Part shown: positions 1-11,136 of the stretch, piece after piece
Numbering within the stretch: the stretch's first letter is position 1
Layout of the letters: each line of letters begins with the position of its first letter
NCBI GenBank assembly: GCA_963830305.1
Contig: CAWHLW010000004.1
Coordinates: 73,867 to 137,866, forward strand
Direction: 5' to 3'
DNA length: 64,000 nucleotides
From: Candidatus Dormiibacterota bacterium
Lineage (GTDB): Bacteria > Chloroflexota > Dormibacteria > Aeolococcales > Aeolococcaceae
The notes under the pieces: generated by a model
The model's input: only the letters and a program-made list of their open reading frames with translations
Told to the model about the DNA's origin: nothing
The model's database searches: none
Position numbers and translations under genes: made by a program

Positions 1-1
1 G

Positions 2-481
2 GCGGTCACGGCCGCCCCGACGGCACCGCCCGCGACGAGCAGGCCGGTCCCGACCGCCAAGCCCGGCAACGTGAACGGCGTCGACCCCAACAGCCTCAAG
101 ACTCCCAAGGCGCACGCGTCGCTGCCCGGGGCGGTGGTGGTGTCGCTGGCGGTGCTCGGTGGCATCGTCGTTCTGGCCGTCGCGGCACTGCTCTGGATGC
201 TGCTGCCTCGTTCACTGACCGGCACCTGGAAGCGGGTGGAGACCCTCGGGGTCATCTCGGGGGTCGACCGCCGAAAAGCCGAGACCCACAGGGCATTTGC
301 GGCCCGACTTGCCCGGGCGCGACCCGGGGCTGAATCCGCACTCGGCGAGCTTGCAACCGTGACCGCGCGCGCCGAGTTCAGTGCCGCCGGCGCCTCGGCG
401 AATGAGCGAGCGCAGGCGCTGCGGATCTGGCGCCGCGCGTTCTTCCAGGCTACGTTGCGGCCGAGGAAATCTCCAGGCTGA
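2..481 (+). CDS. 3' part of a membrane-anchored protein entering from upstream of the window (DUF4129-like tail, tentative)
   Basis: Frame is open from base 2. It has one hydrophobic helix (AVVVSLAVLGGIVVLAVAALLWMLL) followed by an Arg/Ala-rich soluble tail resembling the tail of the protein at 58001-58942. The true start lies outside the window. Confidence 0.45.
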   Translation, partial: AVTAAPTAPPATSRPVPTAKPGNVNGVDPNSLKTPKAHASLPGAVVVSLAVLGGIVVLAVAALLWMLLPRSLTGTWKRVETLGVISGVDRRKAETHRAFAARLARARPGAESALGELATVTARAEFSAAGASANERAQALRIWRRAFFQATLRPRKSPG

Positions 482-1187
482 GCAGGTCGTGCGCGACGAG
501 CGCACCCGGCAGGTTGCGGCGCTCGCTAAGGTGGCTTAGCAGGAAGCGCGTGCGCGGGTTCTCGGTCATGAGGCCGGCCACCTCGTCACGCCACAGGTGT
601 CCCCCGGGCGTCGGCCCGTCCCAGCCGGTGCATTCGCAGACGTAGAGGTCGCATCCGGCGATCGACCGGCGGAGGCCGCCACACATCTCGCTGTCGCCGG
701 AGAAACCGATCGAAAGGCCGCGCCCGTCGGTGAGGCGGTACGCGAGCGACGGGCCCGTGCTGTGCACCACCGCGTGGCTCTGGACACGGTAGCCGGCGAG
801 CTCGACGTCGCTGCCGTCCTGCAGCACCACGTACTCGGGAGCCACGTTCACGTCGACCTCGTGGCGGATATGCGAGCCGTAGCCGTCTCCGAGGAGCCGC
901 GTCATGTATTCACGAGTGCCGACCGGGCCGCCGATGATCATCGAGCCGGGGGCCGCGGGATCAGCGAAAGCCCGGGCGCCGAGTACGGTGGGCAGCGTGA
1001 AGCAGTGATCCGCATGGAAGTGGGTGAGCAGCACCAGCGTGATGGCGTGAATCGACGTCGCCGCGCGACGCACCAGGGCCGGGACCGGGGCGCCACAGTC
1101 GACCAGGACGCGACCGTCCACGAGGTAGCCGGCATTGCAGCCGCAGGCGCTGAACGCGCTCCCACTGCCGAGCACTGTGATGCGCAT
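450..1187 (-). CDS. MBL-fold metallo-hydrolase
   Basis: 245-aa ORF with the HxHxDH motif (LLTHFHADHCF) and an N-terminal VLGSGSA beta-lactamase-fold signature. Confidence 0.8.
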   Translation of the reverse strand: MRITVLGSGSAFSACGCNAGYLVDGRVLVDCGAPVPALVRRAATSIHAITLVLLTHFHADHCFTLPTVLGARAFADPAAPGSMIIGGPVGTREYMTRLLGDGYGSHIRHEVDVNVAPEYVVLQDGSDVELAGYRVQSHAVVHSTGPSLAYRLTDGRGLSIGFSGDSEMCGGLRRSIAGCDLYVCECTGWDGPTPGGHLWRDEVAGLMTENPRTRFLLSHLSERRNLPGALVAHDLLSLEISSAAT

Positions 1188-1231
1188 CCGGAGAAGATTA
1201 GCTGCCGTCGCCCGGTGGTATTAACCATCCC

Positions 1232-3869
<2,638 letters not shown>

Positions 3870-3875
3870 TCGCGT

Positions 3876-4769
3876 TCACGTCCGCGCCGGGGCGGCCCTC
3901 GCTGCGAGCACGGACCCGCAGAGGATGAGAACGAACCCCGCGACGATGGCGCCCGTCAGGCGTTCGTGGAGGAGCACCACCCCGAGGGTGACAGCCACAG
4001 CCGGGTTCACATATGTGATCACGGTCGCGCGAACCGGACCGATCTCGCGGATGAGCGCAAAGAAGAGCAGGAATGCGAGCGCGGTGCAGACAACTCCAAG
4101 CGCCAAGACGGCAGCGATCGCCTGGCCGGATGGCCACGCATGCGGCAGCTGGATGATTGCCGCCGGTGCGTAGCCGACTGCAGCCAGGAGCAGCGAGCTC
4201 GCGATCACTCCAAGCGCCGGTAGGTCGCTCAGCTTCCGGTTGATGATGTACGGGCCGATCGCATAGCAGACCGCGACGATCAGCACTTGCGCGATCGCCT
4301 CGAATGTGGACGACGAGACGTCGAACCCCACGAGCACGCCAACTCCGACGAGCCCGATGCAGAGGCCGAGAATCCGGCGCCACCCATGGCGCTCACCGCT
4401 GCGCGTGACCAGTCCGATGACCACTCCGATGAGCGGGACTGTCGAGACGAGCAGTCCAGACAGCGAGCTCGAGATGCGCAGCTCGGCATCCGAGAGGAGC
4501 ACCCAGGGGATGCCCATCTCGATAACCGTGTACGCGACGATCCAGCCCCACCGCTTGAGGAGCGGGCGAACCTGCACGCGGGTGAGCGCGATCGGGACGA
4601 GCAGCACGGCGCCGAGCAAGACCCGAACGAAGACGAGGTCGACAGGGCCGAACCCTTTGAGTGCGACCTTGATGAGGAGATACGGAATTCCCCAGATCAC
4701 GCACATCGCAACGAAGAGGACCAGGCCGCGTCTGCTCACGGCGAGATCTTCTACGCTGTGCGGCTCCAC
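3876..4769 (-). CDS. EamA/DMT-family transporter
   Basis: 297-aa polytopic membrane ORF with about 10 hydrophobic segments and a typical EamA N-terminus (FVAMCVIWGIPYLLIKVAL). GTG start; the exact start is uncertain. Confidence 0.7.
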   Translation of the reverse strand: MEPHSVEDLAVSRRGLVLFVAMCVIWGIPYLLIKVALKGFGPVDLVFVRVLLGAVLLVPIALTRVQVRPLLKRWGWIVAYTVIEMGIPWVLLSDAELRISSSLSGLLVSTVPLIGVVIGLVTRSGERHGWRRILGLCIGLVGVGVLVGFDVSSSTFEAIAQVLIVAVCYAIGPYIINRKLSDLPALGVIASSLLLAAVGYAPAAIIQLPHAWPSGQAIAAVLALGVVCTALAFLLFFALIREIGPVRATVITYVNPAVAVTLGVVLLHERLTGAIVAGFVLILCGSVLAARAAPART

Positions 4770-5492
4770 ATGGAACAGCCCCGTCCACTCCGAGCCCCGA
4801 GCCCACTGCTCCTTGCCGTCTCATCGCTCTTCGTGGCGACGCTCGTGGCATCGAACATCCTCGCCGTCAAGATCGCCGACGTCGGCCCGTTCTCGGTTCC
4901 AGCCGCGATCGTGATCTTTCCGCTCGCGTACCTCTTCGGCGACGTGCTCACCGAGGTCTGGGGCTACCGCGTGGCGCGCACCGTGATATGGACCGGCTTC
5001 TTCGCAAACATCGTCGTCGTCCTCTTCATCGCCGCGGCGATCGCCATCCCCGCTGACCCGCACTACACCGGCCAGGCCGCGTATGCGGCCGTGCTCGGTG
5101 AGAGCCCGCGTCTCGTCTTGGCGTCACTGACCGCCTATCTGCTCGGCGAATTTCTCAACGCATTCGTCCTCGCTCGACTGAAGATCGCGACGCGTGGCCG
5201 ATTCCTCTGGACGCGCACCATCGGCTCCACCCTCATCGGCCAGGGAGTGGACAGCGCGGTGTTCATCTCTCTCGCATTCGCCGGCACGCAGCCCTGGTCC
5301 GTCCTGCTTGTCATCATTCGCGATGTGTGGGTTGTCAAGGTCCTCTACGAGGTGATCGCCACTCCGATCACGTATGCGCTGGTCACCGTGCTCAAGCGCG
5401 TCGAGGGTGTTGACACCTACGACCGCGACACCAAGTTCGCCCCGATTCCGCTCGCATCCCTGCGTGCACGCTTGCGAGGAGCGCAACCATGA
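4770..5492 (+). CDS. yhhQ: Queuosine precursor transporter (YhhQ/VUT family, DUF165)
   Basis: The internal ATG at 4770 gives a 240-aa membrane protein with FPLAYLFGDVLTEVWGY and LIGQGVDSAVF motifs. It overlaps queF by 4 nt. The upstream part of ORF 4287-5492 is antisense to the EamA gene. Confidence 0.75.
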   Translation: MEQPRPLRAPSPLLLAVSSLFVATLVASNILAVKIADVGPFSVPAAIVIFPLAYLFGDVLTEVWGYRVARTVIWTGFFANIVVVLFIAAAIAIPADPHYTGQAAYAAVLGESPRLVLASLTAYLLGEFLNAFVLARLKIATRGRFLWTRTIGSTLIGQGVDSAVFISLAFAGTQPWSVLLVIIRDVWVVKVLYEVIATPITYALVTVLKRVEGVDTYDRDTKFAPIPLASLRARLRGAQP

Positions 5493-5929
5493 CCGACGAA
5501 CGGTACGGAACCCGCGCCATCCGCGAAGCCAAACTGGAAGCCTTCGACAATCGCACCCCTGAACGCGACTACACGATCCAGTTCACGATTCCCGAATTCA
5601 CGTGCCTCTGTCCGATCTCGGGTTTTCCCGACTTCGCAACACTGCACGTTCGCTACGTGCCCGGCCCCCGCTGCGTCGAGTTGAAATCTCTCAAGCTCTA
5701 CATCAACGGCTACCGCGATAAGAACGTCTACCACGAGGACGTGGTGAACATCGTCCTCGGCGACCTTGTTGCACTCCTCGACCCCCGCTACTGCGAAGTG
5801 ATCGGCGACTTCAACGTCCGCGGAAACATCAAGACAGTAGTGAGAGCAAAGCATCGCGAGCAGACCTGGCAAGGCGACGTCGACCCGTGGTGGCCAACGG
5901 CAGGAAACGGAGCAGCGACGGAGTCATAG
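5489..5929 (+). CDS. queF: NADPH-dependent 7-cyano-7-deazaguanine (preQ0) reductase
   Basis: 146-aa ORF with FTCLCPISGFPDF (catalytic Cys) and the YINGYRD / HED motifs of type-I QueF. ATGA overlap with yhhQ. Confidence 0.9.
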   Translation: MTDERYGTRAIREAKLEAFDNRTPERDYTIQFTIPEFTCLCPISGFPDFATLHVRYVPGPRCVELKSLKLYINGYRDKNVYHEDVVNIVLGDLVALLDPRYCEVIGDFNVRGNIKTVVRAKHREQTWQGDVDPWWPTAGNGAATES

Positions 5930-6001
5930 GTGGTGCCCGCCGTCATCCCAGTGAGGAACGGGGGACGGAGGGCCAAGTGGCCGCACCTCACCGACGACCT
6001 C

Positions 6002-6043
6002 CGGAGACAGGGGCGGTGACCGACGGCGCCACCCCTGTCTCCG
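6002..6043 (+). terminator. Strong hairpin downstream of queF (putative intrinsic terminator without a U-tract)
   Basis: cggagacagggg (6002-6013) pairs perfectly with cccctgtctccg (6032-6043), giving a 12-bp GC-rich stem about 70 nt after the queF stop. Confidence 0.45.
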
Positions 6044-6180
6044 CGCGCAAGCGCCAAGTAAGGCGCCCATATGTCGCCCGCAGTACCCCGTTTCCGAAGA
6101 ATCCGGGGCATACTGCACGCCAGTCACGGCACACGCCGATTCTTGCACCGGTTTTCTCCACATCTCAGCAACACATTTCG

Positions 6181-6918
6181 ATGGCTATACACACACTTCC
6201 CGCCGGCTGGACGCTTCTCGCGACGCGCCCGCGCGACGAGTTGCATCAGGCGCTGTTGACCAGCACGTATGAAAGGTCCTTCGCTGATGTCCCCATCGAC
6301 TGGTGGGACGCGTCGATCGAGGCATGGCGGCCCACTTCGATCGTTCGCCTGCTCGGCGGCGTGTGGGACGTGGGCCGCGACGTCGAAGTACTCGTGCCCG
6401 ATGACGGTGGGCCGTCGCCTGCTCGAATCAGCATCGCCCAGGTACGGCTGTCGCGCCTCCTGACGGCGGGCATATCTCGGTACTGGGTGGCCCGGTATCA
6501 GAAGTTGCTGGTTCTCCGGCTCGTCGAGCAGGCCGCGGTGCTCGGCGGGGATCCGGATCCGTTGCGCCGGTTGGCGGCACGCCTCCGACACCAGGAATCA
6601 CTTGCGTACGACGTCTGGGCGACTGCGTACTTGACCGGGGCTCGCGACGGCGTCGAATTGCCTCCCGAGGTTCCGCCGGCGACGGATGACAACGGATGGG
6701 AGCCGGCGGGGGATGACGATCCGGCGGCGATCATTCACGCAGCGGTGCGAGTCCTGGCCGCCGACCTGCTTCGGCTGGACGAGGCGCTCGAGGAAGCCGG
6801 AGCCACACCCGCCGAACGCGCTGCCCATCCGCTGCTCTCCGCGATCACCTCGCTCCTGCTGCGTTCGCCGGCCACGCCGATGGTCAGCCCAGCGGGATCC
6901 GATTCTCGCCTGGCCTGA
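6181..6918 (+). CDS. Hypothetical protein, Trp-rich, no recognised domain
   Basis: The ATG at 6181 (MAIHTLPAGW) lies inside ORF 5887-6918. Its 3' end overlaps the convergent gene 6884-8194 by 35 nt. Confidence 0.5.
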   Translation: MAIHTLPAGWTLLATRPRDELHQALLTSTYERSFADVPIDWWDASIEAWRPTSIVRLLGGVWDVGRDVEVLVPDDGGPSPARISIAQVRLSRLLTAGISRYWVARYQKLLVLRLVEQAAVLGGDPDPLRRLAARLRHQESLAYDVWATAYLTGARDGVELPPEVPPATDDNGWEPAGDDDPAAIIHAAVRVLAADLLRLDEALEEAGATPAERAAHPLLSAITSLLLRSPATPMVSPAGSDSRLA

Positions 6919-8194
6919 GCAGCACACGCACCGCCGCGTCGTTGCGGCACTCGTCGCGGACTCGAAGCCAGAGCCGGTCGCCGTCGATCTCGAAGCCGGC
7001 GCCTGACGGCGCAAGGACGGCGACGACCTGCGGGTCGATGGCGCCGACGCCGTCGAACTCCGGAATCCCGCCGGCGATTGCGAGGACCGGAGGCAACTCC
7101 TGCAGCCGCCGCGACCATGCGCCGATCGGAACTCGCGGCATCGGCTCGCCAAGCAGCGTCGCCAGGAGCAGGGCCAGACCACCGATGTTCGATCGGGCCG
7201 GCTCTTCGATGTGTTCCGAGAGTGCGCGCTCGTGGATGAGCCCGGCGATGACCTCGCGAGCCCGAACCGTGGAGTCGTCCGGTGGCACCGCCACCCAGAG
7301 GACCCGCTGGCCGGCGCGAGCGCTGAAGCCACCATCCACAACAATGCAGCCCGGAACCGAAGCCGCTGCGGCCTCGATGGTCGCGAGCTTCGACGCGGAC
7401 CCGGTCGGGCTGCCCGGAGCAAGTCCGGTCTCCTCGTCCCAGGAACGGGTGGCGCGGCAGACACGACCGTCACGGATTGCGGCGAGCGGGAGCGCGAGAC
7501 GGCGGATGCTGAGCTCGAGGGTTGCGGCGTAAGCGCCGTCGCCCGTTGCTCGGGGCGGATACACCGTGCCGCCGATTGCGTCCGCCGCGATGCGCGCAAA
7601 GCCCAGGCCCCAACGGTCGCGCTCGGCCCTGCGCCGCGCGGTCGCAACTCGCGGCGAGGCGCCCGCGTGGCGCCACACGACCCGCAGGGTGGTGCGGTCG
7701 ACCTCGAGGCGGACTGCGGTGGCCGCGTCGTGCCGTTCTGCGTTGACGGCGAGCTGAACGAGGACCAACGCCGCAATCTCAGGACCGAGCACGGGACGTG
7801 GTGACCCCGCAACCGTGTCGACGCTGAGGCCGGTGCGCGCCGTGATTCCCGCGCGAGCGAGCTCGATAACGTCATCGGTCGTGCCCCAGCCGCCGGGCTC
7901 GCGCCCGGCAACCAGTCGCAGCGATCCTGCGAGCATGCGAACCCGCTGCGCTTGGGTGCCGGTCAGCCCGATGGCCGCAGCGTCGATCGCGTCGAGCAGC
8001 CGGGTGAGCAGCTCATCGCAGTGCGCTGACGCCGGCTGTGTTCGAACCACCAGACGCACGCTGCGCACGGGGTAGCAGACCGCTCCAGGCCCCGGCCCAT
8101 CCCATTCCGGGGTTCGCGCGATCACATCTCCGGCGGCGTCCATCAGAGCTGCAGCGAGGGGGAGCTCGGCAATCTCGGCCAGGCTGAGGTTCAC
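6884..8194 (-). CDS. Cytosolic HATPase_c-like (histidine-kinase-like ATPase) protein with an unknown C-terminal extension of about 190 aa
   Basis: N-box-like LAVNAERH and G2-like GLGFARIAADAIGG. The GTG start at 8194 overlaps the upstream stop (GTGA). No TM segments and no clear H-box or DxGxG box. Confidence 0.6.
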   Translation of the reverse strand: MNLSLAEIAELPLAAALMDAAGDVIARTPEWDGPGPGAVCYPVRSVRLVVRTQPASAHCDELLTRLLDAIDAAAIGLTGTQAQRVRMLAGSLRLVAGREPGGWGTTDDVIELARAGITARTGLSVDTVAGSPRPVLGPEIAALVLVQLAVNAERHDAATAVRLEVDRTTLRVVWRHAGASPRVATARRRAERDRWGLGFARIAADAIGGTVYPPRATGDGAYAATLELSIRRLALPLAAIRDGRVCRATRSWDEETGLAPGSPTGSASKLATIEAAAASVPGCIVVDGGFSARAGQRVLWVAVPPDDSTVRAREVIAGLIHERALSEHIEEPARSNIGGLALLLATLLGEPMPRVPIGAWSRRLQELPPVLAIAGGIPEFDGVGAIDPQVVAVLAPSGAGFEIDGDRLWLRVRDECRNDAAVRVLLRPGENRIPLG

Positions 8195-8862
8195 GCCTCG
8201 TCGGAGGGCTCTGCCGCTCCCTCGGACGCGGTCACGCTGAGACGGTACTTGCGATTGCCGTGGCTCACCAGGCGAACCGCCGAGTGGTGGGCGTGCAGCC
8301 ATTCACCAAAGCGGCGAACCGCTTTGGTTGCCGTGTCCGAGTGGAAGGTCACGATGTCCGGGTGATGCACCACCAGCCGGATCGCCTCGCGGTGATGGTG
8401 CTGGTCGAGACTTGGCAGGTGCACGACCACGGTCCCGTCATGGATACGAAGGTCACCCACCGTGCGGTCGAGCATTCGGTCGATACGCTCGAGCAATGAG
8501 GCGTCACCGTCGCGCTTGTCGTGCAGCAGGGCGCGCGGGTGCGAACGCTGTATCTGGCTGCGGACGTTGAACGCGTCGATGTTCTGCGAGTAGACGATCA
8601 CCGGACATTCGCGGAGCTCGCGTGCGAGACGCGAGAGCACATCACCGCTGCTCGCGCTGCGATCCGGTGCCTTGCCGAGATCCCAGTCGATGATGGCCAG
8701 CACCGGCCGGCTCGAGTAGCGGTTGTTCTCGAGCAGGGAGAGCGCGCGCGATGCGCTGCGGGCTCCGAGTGGATGAAACCGCTTGCGCGTGAAGTGAGTC
8801 TGCAGCTCATCGAGCGTCTCGGCGTCGTCCTCGAGGATGAGCACCTCCGGGTTCGCTCTCAT
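8191..8862 (-). CDS. Response-regulator receiver protein with a possible degenerate winged-helix C-terminus
   Basis: From the ATG at 8862 (MRANPEVLILEDD): acidic pair EDD, acceptor Asp in AIIDWD, Ser in VIVYS and Lys in HDK. ATGA overlap with the upstream gene. Confidence 0.7.
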   Translation of the reverse strand: MRANPEVLILEDDAETLDELQTHFTRKRFHPLGARSASRALSLLENNRYSSRPVLAIIDWDLGKAPDRSASSGDVLSRLARELRECPVIVYSQNIDAFNVRSQIQRSHPRALLHDKRDGDASLLERIDRMLDRTVGDLRIHDGTVVVHLPSLDQHHHREAIRLVVHHPDIVTFHSDTATKAVRRFGEWLHAHHSAVRLVSHGNRKYRLSVTASEGAAEPSDEA

Positions 8863-9626
8863 CGACCTGCCCCGGCTGGGGAACGGACGAGCCGCACACA
8901 ACCTGCCTGGTCGCGCTGCACGCACCACCCAGCCTTGGACCGGGCGAGGGCATTCGACACAGCACGGAAGTTGTGCGCGGGGAGGGCGAATCCATGCGGA
9001 TACGCCGCCACCAGCAACTCGAGCGACGCGCCGCGCATCAAGGTGCCGTCGTCGAGCTCGACGCCACTGCCTGGCGCGAGGCGCATGCCGCCGACTTCGG
9101 CGGCGCACGCTCGTCGCACAGCATCGAGCAATGCCGCCGGCCGGTCGAAGCACCGTGCGTGGCCTGGGAGCCCGGTCGGCACATCGCCGAGCCACAACGT
9201 GAGCACCGGACGGTGGCGCAGGACCGACGCGAGCGCCGGCGTCAGCGAGACCGCGCTGCCGATCACCATCCACGGCCACGGAAGGCATGCGGCGGTGATC
9301 TCGTCGGCATCGTCGGAGCGAGCATCGCGGATGATCGCCATCCCGCCCGGCACCGCGTCGTGCACGGCCACGGCGAGCTCGCCGTCCACAGTCACGACGA
9401 GGATGGCGCGCCCTCGATCAGGGGCACGAACGCCAAGCATCCATGGAGCGTCGGTGACCTCCACGAAGCATCCCTCCCAGCCAGGCTTCGCGAGCGAACG
9501 CAATGGTCCGTGCCCGCGAGCGGCCTCAGCCAGTGTAGTGGTGACGGGGGTGGGGCGGGCCGGCGGGGCGGACACGGACACGCAGTAACCATCGGCCCCG
9601 GACTGGGACATTGCGCGGACAGACAC
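8859..9626 (-). CDS. Hypothetical protein, first gene of the three-gene coupled operon
   Basis: 255-aa ORF whose stop overlaps the receiver gene start. No motif recognised. Alternative ATG start at 9611. Confidence 0.5.
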   Translation of the reverse strand: MSVRAMSQSGADGYCVSVSAPPARPTPVTTTLAEAARGHGPLRSLAKPGWEGCFVEVTDAPWMLGVRAPDRGRAILVVTVDGELAVAVHDAVPGGMAIIRDARSDDADEITAACLPWPWMVIGSAVSLTPALASVLRHRPVLTLWLGDVPTGLPGHARCFDRPAALLDAVRRACAAEVGGMRLAPGSGVELDDGTLMRGASLELLVAAYPHGFALPAHNFRAVSNALARSKAGWCVQRDQAGCVRLVRSPAGAGR

Positions 9627-9658
9627 AGCGCCGCTCGACGTGGCAGACTGAGCGCGGT

Positions 9659-10927
9659 ATGTCGACCTCAGACGCCGGGGAGCCAGCCGCCGAAACGGTC
9701 CGGCTGGCGCTCAGCGAGATCCTGCACCGCCCGCTCGTCGATAGTGCGGGTGGCCGTCTGGGCCGGGTCGACGATGTCATCGCCCGATTCGCCGAGGGCG
9801 GCTACCCTCCGGTGACTGGCCTGGTCGGGCGCATTGCCGGACGCAAGCTGTTCATTCCTCGCGACCGCATCGCCGAGATGAAGCCCGGCGGCGTCAAGCT
9901 GGCGGGGGAGGATCTCAACCTCGCCCATTTCGAGCGTCGCCAGGGGGAGGTCCTGCTCGGCGACGACGTCCTCGGTCGCAGGCTGATCAGCGTTGACGCC
10001 GGCAAGCTCGTCGTGGCCCACGACATCGAGCTGCGCTACCAGGACGGACGGTGGGTTGTGGCGGGCGTTGACACCCGGGCGCGAGGTTTCCGCGGCCGCT
10101 TCCTTGGCGGTCGCAACGAGAGCCCGGGCTTCGTCGACTGGGCCGCGGTCGAGCCCTTCGTCGGACACGTTCCCAGCTCGCGACTGCTCATGCCACTCCG
10201 CCGCCTGCGTCGCCTCCACCCCGCGCAGATCGCCGACCTCGTCGAGGCCGCATCGCACGACGAGGGCGAAGAGATCATCTCGGCTGTGCACGGCGATCCA
10301 GAGCTCGAGGCCGATGTCTTCGAGGAGCTGAATACCGAGCATCAGGTTGAGTTTCTTCGCGACAAGTCCGACGCGGAAGCAGCCGCGGTGCTCGCGGAGA
10401 TGGGTCCGGATGACGCCGCCGACCTGGTCACCGAGCTCGACCAACCACGGCGTGCGCCGATTCTCTCGCTGCTCCCGCCCTCGCAGCAGGCCAAGGTGCG
10501 AGCGTTGCTCAGCTATGGACAGAGCAGCGCGGGTGGAATGATGAGCCCCGACTTCGTGTCGGTTGCTTCCGATGCGACGGTGGCTGACGCGCTCGCTGCG
10601 GCGCGCGCCGCGGACGTGCTTCCTCAGGTCGCCGCTGACGTCTTTCTGCTCGACGATGATCACCTCGCGGGTTCCGTGCCACTCATCGAGCTGCTACGCA
10701 CCGACGGTGCGACCCAGATCTCCGACCTGGTGGAGCACAGCAACGCATCGGTGAGCGTTGACGACGATTTTCCTGAGGTTGCGCGGCGCATGGCCGATTT
10801 CAACCTCACAGTCGTTGCGGTGCTCGACGACGACAATCGGGTCGTCGGCGTCATCACGGTTGACGATGTGCTCGAGGCGATGCTGCCCAACTCATGGCGG
10901 CGGCGCGCGGAGGCGGACGGGGACTGA
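9659..10927 (+). CDS. PRC-barrel / MgtE-N / tandem-CBS cytosolic protein (MgtE regulatory part without the membrane domain)
   Basis: MgtE_N-like DVFEELNTEHQVEFLRDKSDAEAAAVLAEMGPDDAADLV, followed by a CBS pair (VVGVITVDDVLEAMLP). There is no TM region. ATG at 9659 within ORF 9611-10927. Confidence 0.75.
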   Translation: MSTSDAGEPAAETVRLALSEILHRPLVDSAGGRLGRVDDVIARFAEGGYPPVTGLVGRIAGRKLFIPRDRIAEMKPGGVKLAGEDLNLAHFERRQGEVLLGDDVLGRRLISVDAGKLVVAHDIELRYQDGRWVVAGVDTRARGFRGRFLGGRNESPGFVDWAAVEPFVGHVPSSRLLMPLRRLRRLHPAQIADLVEAASHDEGEEIISAVHGDPELEADVFEELNTEHQVEFLRDKSDAEAAAVLAEMGPDDAADLVTELDQPRRAPILSLLPPSQQAKVRALLSYGQSSAGGMMSPDFVSVASDATVADALAAARAADVLPQVAADVFLLDDDHLAGSVPLIELLRTDGATQISDLVEHSNASVSVDDDFPEVARRMADFNLTVVAVLDDDNRVVGVITVDDVLEAMLPNSWRRRAEADGD

Positions 10928-11075
10928 CCTCGGAGCTTCGGGTTCGCCGCGGGTTGTACACTCCAGGGACGGCAACCAGTTTCTTTGGGGTGTATTCACT
11001 ACTACATGGACGGCGGCGACAGTCCCCAGTCCCGGCAACTCGCGGGCCCGCCCGTATCGAGGTAGCGACGCACTC

Positions 11076-11136
11076 GTGACCTCCTGAGCGGTCAGGCCCG
11101 CTCAGTCTTGCCGTCATCGACGGTGGGAGGTCCGAA
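11076..11136 (+). promoter_or_regulatory. 5' leader element with an anti-SD segment, two hairpins and the SD of the NRAMP-like gene
   Basis: gacctcc (11078-11084) is complementary to ggaggtc (11126-11132), which is the SD 4 nt (11133-11136) upstream of the TTG start at 11137. Hairpins: tgagcgg/ccgctca (11085-11104) and ccgtc/gacgg (11111-11123). Confidence 0.35.

Noticed and set aside
4287-4769. 161-codon N-terminal extension of the yhhQ ORF
   Set aside because: It is an Asp/Glu/Arg-rich translation antisense to the EamA transporter gene. The family-typical protein begins at ATG 4770.
6598-7911. 437-aa Arg/Ser/Pro-rich ORF on the minus strand
   Set aside because: It is an alternative frame of the HATPase-like gene with a low-complexity composition. 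The 6884-8194 frame carries the ATPase motifs and the coupled start.
8863-9288. 142-codon N-terminal extension of the receiver ORF (8191-9288)
   Set aside because: It is Arg/Ala/Pro-rich and overlaps the upstream gene in another frame. The ATG at 8862 gives a canonical receiver N-terminus and an ATGA coupling.
10928-11136. M-box (Mg) or yybP-ykoY (Mn) riboswitch upstream of the NRAMP-like gene
   Set aside because: I could not find the conserved cores by eye (for example GGGGAGUAG for yybP-ykoY, or the GUUAGGUGAGG-type M-box segments). It is kept only as an unclassified structured leader.
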